Shown: piece by piece, positions 28,570 to 36,834 of the stretch
Position numbering within the stretch: position 1 is the first letter of the stretch
How the letters are laid out: each line of letters starts with the position of its first letter
From: Candidatus Hydrogenedentota bacterium
GTDB taxonomy: Bacteria; Hydrogenedentota; Hydrogenedentia; Hydrogenedentales; JAEUWI01
DNA: 64,000 nucleotides
Direction of reading: 5' to 3'
NCBI GenBank assembly: GCA_034669905.1
Contig: JAXMOL010000023.1
Location: forward strand, 1-64,000
Made by a program: the position numbers and the translations under genes
Notes under the pieces: model-generated
Database searches by the model: none
What the model was told of the DNA's origin: nothing
Seen by the model: only the letters and a program-made list of their open reading frames with translations

Positions 28570-29832
28570 TCATAAGCCTTTCCCATGGTTTTTTCGGTAG
28601 ACCGTCGGGGTCACCCCCTCAATCTTCTTGAATAGCTTGGCAAAATTACTCTGGTCGGCAATACCCACACGGTGGGCCACTTCGGTCGTCGTAAGTTTAC
28701 TTCGTCGAAAAAGCTGCTTGGCCCGATCCACACGAATCCGTGCAACATATTCCGAATAACTCATTCCAAATTTTCGGCGCAGGCGATGGCTGATATTGGT
28801 CGGCGATTCTCCCAGCTCCCGGGCAACCGCCTCCAAGGTAATCCCCTCCACCAAACGCGCATTTACCAGGGCGTACAAGGCCGGGTAGTCGGGCAACCCT
28901 TCACTCCGCTTCTCACGCACCGATTTCTTGCGAAGGAAGGAAAAGACACTGATGGCCCCTTCCAGCAAATCCGTGTCCGTATCCAGCTGCTGGACCTTGT
29001 TGGTGAATTGCCCGTAATTCACCCACCCGGAATCTATAGGAAGTCCGCTCCGCAGCAGCGCTTCCAAGGTCGCGGCCGTCAGGGCGACAACACGGGCTCG
29101 ACGCACATCGACACGTCGCGCCCCCCCATCCCCCAACTCATCCAGATGCCCCTGAAACAACACCCGAGCCTGCGCCGGATTGTCGGCGCCAAGTGCGGCC
29201 GCGGCTTCCCGGGCAAGAACCAGGAATCGTTCTGCAGGCCCCACACCCACCGTGGATTTTTTCGCTTGCCGTACGGGCGACCCCGCATCATCGTCGTCGC
29301 TATCGGTATCCAAGTGGGCTTCGTGGGCGCGCCACCGCTCACCCAGCACTTCCTGAAGCCAGCCAGCAACGGCCGGAACCGATGCGGCCGGCGCGCGATG
29401 AACGTCATCCAGCGAAAAGGGCAATTCGGAAAGCGACTCCCCTACCAGTGCGCCATAGCCCGCCTGCACATCTTCCTCCAGCGAGCGCTGCTCCTCCATC
29501 GGACAAAAGGGCCCGAAGGTTACAACGTACCCCTCGTCTCTAAAGGGCGCCATGGCAACACACGCAAAACCCAGGTGGCATAGGTAGGAAATCGGACGTT
29601 GCTGCTGCACCGCCATGGCGGAGGCCGTCGTCCGAGAGAGCCGACAGGCCCGTTTTCCCTCGGATGTGGACGACACCAGCCGGCAGGCCCCACATTCACC
29701 CCAACCGCAAACCCTTGGCCCCTCCTGGTTCCGCTTTACATAGTGAATACTCACCGGCGTACCCGCTGCTACCGAAGCACGCTCCAGAAGTCGGGCCGTT
29801 TCATCGTCGCGGAGGAACTCCAGGTGGGTCAT
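28570..29832 (-). CDS. PocR-sensor AraC family regulator
   Basis: N-terminal C..C / C / YLCHLGF PocR-like pattern; C-terminal AraC HTH (EVAHRVGIADQSNFAKLFKKIEGVTP). Confidence 0.82.
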   Translation of the reverse strand: MTHLEFLRDDETARLLERASVAAGTPVSIHYVKRNQEGPRVCGWGECGACRLVSSTSEGKRACRLSRTTASAMAVQQQRPISYLCHLGFACVAMAPFRDEGYVVTFGPFCPMEEQRSLEEDVQAGYGALVGESLSELPFSLDDVHRAPAASVPAVAGWLQEVLGERWRAHEAHLDTDSDDDDAGSPVRQAKKSTVGVGPAERFLVLAREAAAALGADNPAQARVLFQGHLDELGDGGARRVDVRRARVVALTAATLEALLRSGLPIDSGWVNYGQFTNKVQQLDTDTDLLEGAISVFSFLRKKSVREKRSEGLPDYPALYALVNARLVEGITLEAVARELGESPTNISHRLRRKFGMSYSEYVARIRVDRAKQLFRRSKLTTTEVAHRVGIADQSNFAKLFKKIEGVTPTVYRKNHGKGL

Positions 29833-30605
29833 GGACTACGCACCTCAAACAAGGGAGTGGGCGCATCCTGGGTCGCGAGAAACATGGACGCCTGGTGGGC
29901 TTTCAATACGCCCCGGACCCGCTCCTTAACCAACTCCACCGAATTATTATTCTCACTGATATGCACCAGAATAACATGCTGCAACGCATCGTGGAGGAGG
30001 GCGTGTAGCAGTGAGCACATGTCTTCATTAGAAAGGTGCCCCTGTCGTCCCCGAATCCGCTGTTGAATCTTGGGCGGATAGTCGCCCTTGCGTAGCATAT
30101 CTGGGCAATGGTTGGACTCAATAACCAGGGCATGGGAACCCGCCAGCCGGTTCCTCACCAGATGGGAAACATGGCCCAAATCGGTGGCCAGGCCAAATTG
30201 GGCCCCTTCGGAACGGACTGTAAAGCCCACGGGGTCGGCAGCGTCGTGGGACACGCTGAAACTTCGGACGAGCATATCGCCAATCTGCAGGTGCTCCCCG
30301 GCCTCGAAGAACTCGACCTCCGGCAAAACGCCCAAATTCGGAGAGAGATTTTCAAAGGTGCCGCGGGTCATATAAACGGGCACCGGCATTTTGCGCGTGA
30401 GCACCCCCAGCCCCTGCACGTGATCCCCATGCTCATGGGTCACAAGGACTCCGGCCAGGTCTTCGAGGGAGACCCCGATGGCGGCCGCACGGAGAGAGAG
30501 CTGCTTAAAACTAAGGCCGTTGTCTATTAATATCTTGGTACCCGCAGACTGGAGAAGAATGGCGTTGCCACTGCTGCCACTACCAAGGAGGCTGAATTGA
30601 AGCAC
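29829..30605 (-). CDS. MBL-fold metallo-hydrolase, YycJ/WalJ-like
   Basis: LGSGSSGNA, THEHGDH, SHDAADP, TDLG, ESNH, GHLSN, HISENNN. Confidence 0.92.
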   Translation of the reverse strand: MLQFSLLGSGSSGNAILLQSAGTKILIDNGLSFKQLSLRAAAIGVSLEDLAGVLVTHEHGDHVQGLGVLTRKMPVPVYMTRGTFENLSPNLGVLPEVEFFEAGEHLQIGDMLVRSFSVSHDAADPVGFTVRSEGAQFGLATDLGHVSHLVRNRLAGSHALVIESNHCPDMLRKGDYPPKIQQRIRGRQGHLSNEDMCSLLHALLHDALQHVILVHISENNNSVELVKERVRGVLKAHQASMFLATQDAPTPLFEVRSP

Positions 30606-30680
30606 GAAACGGGGTATCCTTAAAACGGGCTAACTGCTTACCCTGTAGGCAAGTATAGCAGTCTTGGCCCGTGTCATCAA

Positions 30681-30724
30681 TTGACTGACTCGCCCGACAA
30701 TGATATAATGGCATGTGTTTTGCT
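30681..30724 (+). promoter_or_regulatory. rpoN sigma70 promoter overlapped by a sigma54 -24/-12 site
   Basis: TTGACT(30681)-17-TATAAT(30704) with extended TG; TGGCATGTGTTTTGCT at 30709-30724. Confidence 0.8.
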
Positions 30725-30744
30725 TGGAAGGGTAGCGCGAAACG

Positions 30745-32169
30745 ATGATGCACATGGAACACAGGCTGGTCCAAACCCAGCGCCAACAGCTGATTCTCAC
30801 GCAGAAAATGCAGCAGGCGTTGCATATTCTGCAATTGAATGGTGTGGAATTAGAGCAATTCGTGCAACAGGAATTGGAGGCCAATCCATTCCTGGAGCAA
30901 AAGCAGAAGGCCGTCGAACAGGTCCCGACGAAAGAAGCCCCTGCCGCAACCGGCAATGAAGATGGCTTCGACGAGCCCTTTGATTTGGATGCCCACAATG
31001 ACAAATGGGACATCCGCCATAAGGAAGGCCGGGATCTCAGCCACAATGCGGACCTCCATGCCCGGCGCCAATTTTACGAAGATTCCATCACCCAGGAAAC
31101 TTCGCTCCGGGCCCATCTCCTCTCCCAACTTGCGATCATGACCAAGACCGAGCAAGAGTATCTGATCGGAGAGCGGATTATCATCGGAGACATCGATCCC
31201 CGCGGCTATTTCATCGGGAATGAGGCGGAAATCGCCGAAGAACTCTCGGTGCCTGAGCATGCGGTGGACCGCATCCTGCACAAGATTCAACGCTTCGAAC
31301 CCACCGGGGTCGGGGCCCACGACGTTGTCGAATGCCTCCTGCTCCAGATTCAGGCGGAGTTCCCCGACAACAACCAGTTGGTTGTGTTGGTCAGTGAGCA
31401 CCTGGATGACCTGAAGAACCGTCAGATTCCCAAAATTGCCAAGGCGATGAATATATCGCCGGAAGAAGTGGAGAATCTGAAGAAGCTCCTCGCCACCCTC
31501 AACCCCTGGCCCGGGCACGAGTTCAGCTCAGAGCCCCCCCTCTATATCGCCGCCGAAGTCGTCGTCGAAAAGGTGGAAGGCGAGTATATTGTCCGGCTGG
31601 CCGACGAGCGCCTTCCCGATCTCAACATCAATTCGGAATACCACAAAGTGGTGAAAAAGTCTGGGCTGACCAAAGACGACAAGGACTATGTGCGGAGCAA
31701 GATTGAAGCGGCCAAGTGGCTTCAACGAAACATCGAACAGCGCCAAGAAACGATCCTGAAAGTCTCCCAGGCCATCGTCAATGTGCAACGCGAATTCCTG
31801 GAGAAGGGCGTCGAGTTCATGAAGCCCCTCACCCTCCAGGTCATTGCCGATGAAATTGGCGTCCACGAGTCGACCGTCGCACGTACGACCCGGGGCAAGT
31901 ATATTCAGACCCCGCAGGGCCTGTTTGAACTCAAGTATTTCTTCTCCTCCGGGGTCACCACCGACTCGGGCGACAATCAGTCTTCGAAGAGCGTCCAGTT
32001 CCGCATTCAGAAGATTGTGGAAGAAGAAGACCCCTACAAGCCCCTGAGTGATCAGAAGATCGCGGACCTCCTCAAGAAGGAGGGCACCAATGTGGCGCGT
32101 CGCACGGTGACCAAGTATCGCGAAGCCTTGAACATCCCCGCTACGACCAAGCGAAAGCAGTACAAGTAA
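30745..32169 (+). CDS. rpoN: RNA polymerase sigma-54 factor
   Basis: Q-rich region I, NPFLE, HESTVAR HTH, PLSDQKI, RpoN box ARRTVTKYRE. Confidence 0.98.
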   Translation: MMHMEHRLVQTQRQQLILTQKMQQALHILQLNGVELEQFVQQELEANPFLEQKQKAVEQVPTKEAPAATGNEDGFDEPFDLDAHNDKWDIRHKEGRDLSHNADLHARRQFYEDSITQETSLRAHLLSQLAIMTKTEQEYLIGERIIIGDIDPRGYFIGNEAEIAEELSVPEHAVDRILHKIQRFEPTGVGAHDVVECLLLQIQAEFPDNNQLVVLVSEHLDDLKNRQIPKIAKAMNISPEEVENLKKLLATLNPWPGHEFSSEPPLYIAAEVVVEKVEGEYIVRLADERLPDLNINSEYHKVVKKSGLTKDDKDYVRSKIEAAKWLQRNIEQRQETILKVSQAIVNVQREFLEKGVEFMKPLTLQVIADEIGVHESTVARTTRGKYIQTPQGLFELKYFFSSGVTTDSGDNQSSKSVQFRIQKIVEEEDPYKPLSDQKIADLLKKEGTNVARRTVTKYREALNIPATTKRKQYK

Positions 32170-32213
32170 GTACACGTCGGGGGAAGCGCCAACCGGCACC
32201 TCCCCCGCTTCTG

Positions 32214-34277
32214 CTAAGCCGCTTCGTCCGATTCCCTGGCGGGTCCCGGCACGCGCATCAATGGGCGTCCCCGCACAATCAGCGAATCCCCCTGCACTTT
32301 CAGTTCGAAACCCCTTCTCGGTGTTTCGACATGGACCGTGTCACCCTCGAAGCGCCAGGTGCCTTCAAATCGATCATTGATAATCAATTTACCATCGGCT
32401 TCAAAACGAAGTTGAAAACGGTCTCCAATTGACCACGTGGTCCCGGTCAGGTAGGCTTCGGTGAGGTCTTTTCCAAATCCCGGCCATTGGTCAGGATTCA
32501 AGTCGGCGGGCTGGAAGTCTTCTGCCCGATAGGGCTGACTATAGCCTACATAGCCGATGAACATTTCTTCGTGGGTCTGTTCACCGAAGCGCACGCTCTT
32601 CGTGGGGTCGGGGTTCCGCGGATTCTGGGCGGAGTTATCAAAGGCCCCTTCACATTGGATGCGGGTCCCCCCGGCAACCTTCACCGGCGTATCGAAGAAG
32701 TACATGGGCTGCCAGTCAAACTCATACCAGGGCACGGAAAGCAGGGTCTCTTTTGAGGCATCGGGATACTGGGCCTCAAAAGTAAAACGACTTCCCCGAT
32801 AATGCATATGGGGCGAAAGCCCGTAAACGGTAGCATCTTCATCAAAACGATAGGTGGCCCGAGTGGCAAAATCCGTGGCACCCGCGGGAATCTCAAAATC
32901 GGTCTCCGCCGCGCCCTTGATGTGAAACACCTGCTCTGGGGGCCCATCCCTGAAATGAAGCCCCATGCGCGTCTGATCTACTTCGGGCTTTCCCGTCGCA
33001 TTGTAGTGCATTTGAAAGACGAAGGAAGAACCGGCCGGCACGAACTGGGCCGTTCCCTCCGGGAAGGGTTGCAGGTTTCCGCTGGGAAGGTAGCTTGCAA
33101 AAAATCCATTGAGTCCCCCCTTGGCGTCTGGCTCGAGATGGCGATACTGGGGCGGGTACATGATGAAAATGAGGGCATGGTGCACCACTTCCATGGCCGT
33201 CGGAAGCACCTCCACCCCCGTCATCCATTTATCCTCCGTCAGGCCCGACGGCACGGTAATGTAGCGATAGTCAAAAATGCCTTCTGCGGGGAGATGCTGG
33301 GCCTCCGGAAGCTGAACAATATGGTCCGGAGTGCCCAGGGTCCACTCGGACAAATCCTCTAACGTGAGTTCCGCCAGCGGATCAGCTTCCCCTTCCTCCT
33401 GCCTGGCACCCTGTTCAATCCAGGTCAAAAGGATACGCCGCTCTTCGGAAGTGATATCAATCGAGTTGTGGAAGGACTTGTAGGCCGGATCCGCATGCCA
33501 GGGAGGCATCCGCTTTGTACGAAGGGTTTCCCGAATCATGTCGGACCACCCCTTGACCTTTTTGTAGTTCGTCATGGCAAAGGGCCCCACCCCGCCTTTC
33601 CGGTGGCAGGTTACACAATTGGAAGCAAGGATCGGTGCCACATCCTTCGCGTAGGAAAGGGACTTGTCTTCTACATACCCAATGAGGCACCCCTTGGTTT
33701 CTTCCCGATGGGGAACTACCGGCTTGCCCGAAAGTTTCGCCTGCAAGACGTCTTCCAACCAACGGTGGGTGGCCTCCTCTTTCTGCGTTCCGTAATCGAA
33801 GCGATCATCGACCGGTCCCCGATAGAGCACCGTCCAATCCGCCTGGGGATCCAGCACCAAGACCTCCGCCGTCCGCGTGCTACCCAAGGCATGGACGATT
33901 CGCTGGGTCGGGTCTTTCAATATCGGGAAGGTGATCCCGTATTCCTCGGCCTCTTCCGCCAGGTCAGTCCGGCTATCCTGACTGTTGGCGTTCAACATGA
34001 AGAAGACCACCCCTTGCTCCCCGTACTTCTTCTGGAGCCGATTCAATTCCGGGATACTGCGCCGTACGACGGGGCACCCCACCCCATGGGTGTAGAGCAC
34101 CACGGCAGGCGCCTCGGACGAACGGTAGAGTTCGATGGAGCGACCGGTATGGTCGATGAGGCGAAAATTTTCTACCTGGCTCCCGTCGGGGACGGTCAAC
34201 GCACCTTTTTCCCCCGCACTGGCGAGGGAGCCTGCCATACAGCAGAACGTGCAAAAAAGCAGCGAACACAATTTCAT
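32214..34277 (-). CDS. Secreted redoxin + cytochrome c + copper type II (PHM/DBH-like) monooxygenase fusion
   Basis: GCPVV redoxin motif; CVTCH...MPPW; VVHH, QMHY, PHMHYRG, EEMF copper-ligand motifs. Confidence 0.85.
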   Translation of the reverse strand: MKLCSLLFCTFCCMAGSLASAGEKGALTVPDGSQVENFRLIDHTGRSIELYRSSEAPAVVLYTHGVGCPVVRRSIPELNRLQKKYGEQGVVFFMLNANSQDSRTDLAEEAEEYGITFPILKDPTQRIVHALGSTRTAEVLVLDPQADWTVLYRGPVDDRFDYGTQKEEATHRWLEDVLQAKLSGKPVVPHREETKGCLIGYVEDKSLSYAKDVAPILASNCVTCHRKGGVGPFAMTNYKKVKGWSDMIRETLRTKRMPPWHADPAYKSFHNSIDITSEERRILLTWIEQGARQEEGEADPLAELTLEDLSEWTLGTPDHIVQLPEAQHLPAEGIFDYRYITVPSGLTEDKWMTGVEVLPTAMEVVHHALIFIMYPPQYRHLEPDAKGGLNGFFASYLPSGNLQPFPEGTAQFVPAGSSFVFQMHYNATGKPEVDQTRMGLHFRDGPPEQVFHIKGAAETDFEIPAGATDFATRATYRFDEDATVYGLSPHMHYRGSRFTFEAQYPDASKETLLSVPWYEFDWQPMYFFDTPVKVAGGTRIQCEGAFDNSAQNPRNPDPTKSVRFGEQTHEEMFIGYVGYSQPYRAEDFQPADLNPDQWPGFGKDLTEAYLTGTTWSIGDRFQLRFEADGKLIINDRFEGTWRFEGDTVHVETPRRGFELKVQGDSLIVRGRPLMRVPGPARESDEAA

Positions 34278-34414
34278 GACGTATATCTCCTTGCCTGTAA
34301 ATACGCGCTACTTTGACTGTCGTTCCGTCCCCCCGGTTTTGACCAATAGGAGTACCCAGCCCAACACACGGGCGCCCTCCCACGTGAGCCCCCGGCATCT
34401 GACCCCGCCGCCAC

Positions 34415-34441
34415 AAAAAAAGCCGACCCCGGAGGGTCGGC
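34415..34441 (-). terminator. Rho-independent terminator after pilC
   Basis: Minus strand GCCGACCC-TCCG-GGGTCGGC followed by T7. Confidence 0.85.
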
Positions 34442-34471
34442 AAAATGTGATTACTACTAAATGGCTCGGTC

Positions 34472-35692
34472 TTAACTGACCAGCGACGAAAGCTGAAGAA
34501 TCGGCATGAAGAGGGCAATTACGATACCGCCTACGACCACGCCCATCATTCCAATCAGAATGGGTTCAATCAGACTGGTCAGACTGTCCACCATGGCCTT
34601 TACTTCCGCATCATAGAAGTCGGCAATCTTCGCCAACATGATCTCCAGGGCACCTGTCTTTTCACCGACACCGATCATGCGGGTCACCATGGCCGGGAAG
34701 ACTTCGCTTCGCATCAGGGGGTCGGCCAGCGTATCACCATTACGCACGCTGTCGGCAGCCTCACGAACGGCCCGGGCAAAAACCTCGTTGCCCGCCGTAC
34801 GTTCCGTAATTTCCAGCGCCTGAAGAATGGCCACGCCACTCCGGGTCAGCGTGCTGAGCGTACGGGTAAAGCGGCTGATGGCAACCTTACGCAAAAGGTT
34901 ACCAAAGATGGGCAACCGCAAGCGCAATTTGTCGAGGTTATATTTGCCGGTCTCCGTGGCACCATACATGCGGACTGCAAAGAATATGGCCACCGAAACG
35001 ATAATAATGGTGGGAATGGCATACCAGGAACGGAGGAAATTACTGACCATAATGAGAATCTGGGTCGGGGCGGGAAGATCCCGTCCGAAACTCCCGAATA
35101 TCTCCGCGAACTGGGGCACGACGAAAACAATCAAGCCACCGGCAATCAGGATAATCATACCGAAGGCAACGACAGGGTAGGTCATGGCGGATTTGATACG
35201 GCGCTTCAGTTCTTCGGATGCTTCCAGATAGTCGGCCAACTGAAGCAGCACGCCATCGAGATCACCACTGGCCTCACCGGAGCGCACCATGCTCACAAAA
35301 AGGTCGGGAAAGGCTTTGGGAAACTTGCGCAGGGCATCGGAAAAGGTTTCACCCGATTCGACTTCCTGGGCAATTGCGTCGATGACGGCACCAAAATTAG
35401 GATCATCGGTCTGATCCGCCAAAATGTCTAAGCCCTGGAGGAGGGGCAGACCGGCGCTCACGATGGTCGAGAGCTGACGGGTAAACACGAGCAGCTCCGC
35501 CGTCTTGACGCGCTTGTTCAATTTTGCCGCGCCGCCGCCCATGCTGAGGCCGCCGCCCTTCTCCGTCAACTTATCGGCGATAAGCCCCTTTTGCTGCAGC
35601 ATCTGAGTAGCCGCCTGACGTGTATTGGCGGTAAGGGTCCCCTGCTTTTTGGTACCGTTTTGCGCGCGCGCTGTATAGGCATACGTCGGCAT
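34472..35692 (-). CDS. pilC: Type IV pilus platform protein PilC / GspF family
   Basis: MPTYAYTAR, FTRQLSTIVSAGLPL, GEASGDL, SAMTYP, GEKTGAL, LIEP; GAGGAG RBS. Confidence 0.93.
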   Translation of the reverse strand: MPTYAYTARAQNGTKKQGTLTANTRQAATQMLQQKGLIADKLTEKGGGLSMGGGAAKLNKRVKTAELLVFTRQLSTIVSAGLPLLQGLDILADQTDDPNFGAVIDAIAQEVESGETFSDALRKFPKAFPDLFVSMVRSGEASGDLDGVLLQLADYLEASEELKRRIKSAMTYPVVAFGMIILIAGGLIVFVVPQFAEIFGSFGRDLPAPTQILIMVSNFLRSWYAIPTIIIVSVAIFFAVRMYGATETGKYNLDKLRLRLPIFGNLLRKVAISRFTRTLSTLTRSGVAILQALEITERTAGNEVFARAVREAADSVRNGDTLADPLMRSEVFPAMVTRMIGVGEKTGALEIMLAKIADFYDAEVKAMVDSLTSLIEPILIGMMGVVVGGIVIALFMPILQLSSLVS

Positions 35693-36086
35693 CAGCGACA
35701 ATCTCCTCGTTGGCCAGGCAGCGATATCACCCCATCCGGGCATCTCGAATCCACTGCACCCACGTCGATAGACTTCGTGCCCCCCACGTAAGGGGGTACG
35801 TTACAACATATAAAGAGTATAAGCACTTCTAACGGAGAAGACAAGTAATTTCTTGGTAAACTCTTTACACCTGCGGGACGCAAGCACCTCGTTTCCCCCC
35901 GGAAGCCCGGCGTCCTTCGGCGTTTGGACACAAAAAAATAGGTAAAGAAAGCGACCCACAATGTTGGCTACCAATCGGCGCATCGACAGGATGCTCGACC
36001 GTAACCCGGGCTTGGTGGCAGCGTCAACATTGTTACATGTCTAGCCTGACACTGCGGGCTGCTTTCGCTTACCCATGACTATACAA

Positions 36087-36103
36087 AGCAAGAGTCAGGC
36101 CAA
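36087..36103 (-). promoter_or_regulatory. sigma54 promoter upstream of pilC
   Basis: Minus strand TTGGCCTGACTCTTGCT (GG-N10-GC); AT-rich tract upstream and a TGTCGGACCGACA palindrome at 36224-36236. Confidence 0.7.
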
Positions 36104-36310
36104 AACGCACCATTCAGGAAAAACAACCTCAAACACCTGTAAAATAACAGTTTAGCATTGCCGACCTGCGACGACCTTTAGTAGGAATGCGTCAATAGTT
36201 TGCCGCCGTGACAAACCTTTGACTGTCGGACCGACAAATCGTCAGTTTCGACCACAGTGAGCCAACACCCGCCGGACGCCCCGTCTGTACGAAAACCGTA
36301 CAACCCAATC

Positions 36311-36577
36311 CTACCTCCCGGGAGCCCCTACCGGATGGTAGAAATTCCACAATCGAAGAACCACTACAGCGAAGGCGATGCAAACCGCGATCCCGACCAC
36401 GAAGGCTATCAGGAGCCCGCGCCACCCAAAACCGCTCGCCCCTTCCGAGGGACCCTTGAGCTTCTTAAAGAATTGGGATGTATTTTCTTCCATCGATGCG
36501 CGGAACATCTTGATCCAAATCATGAACGCAACTATCCCCACGATGATGAGGATCTCTTTAAATCCTATCGTTATCAA
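36311..36577 (-). CDS. Small two-TM membrane protein
   Basis: 88 aa, two hydrophobic helices, GAGGA RBS. Confidence 0.65.
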   Translation of the reverse strand: MITIGFKEILIIVGIVAFMIWIKMFRASMEENTSQFFKKLKGPSEGASGFGWRGLLIAFVVGIAVCIAFAVVVLRLWNFYHPVGAPGR

Positions 36578-36834
36578 TGCCCGTCCTCAAGGTAAAGCTT
36601 CTACGCAGAAATACTGGTCCGCATCATAGCAAAAAGCAGGGTCTACACGCCTATGCCCGCCGCTCCACGTCCCGATTCCACTTTTCCTGCCCCGGTCCAG
36701 GCTGCTGCCCTGCCAGAACGTGCAACGCCTCGCATACACGTTATACGTATGCTAAGGTAGCCCTTCCGATACCCATTGAGATTTCATACCCAAACTGGCC
36801 CGGCGGTGGTCAAGAAAAGGATGTCCCCGTTTCC

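Noticed and set aside
35854..35890. GGTAAAC...GGGACGCAAGC resembling a c-di-GMP-I riboswitch
   Set aside because: It lies antisense to pilC and lacks the GNRA-capped stem and the downstream receptor stem.
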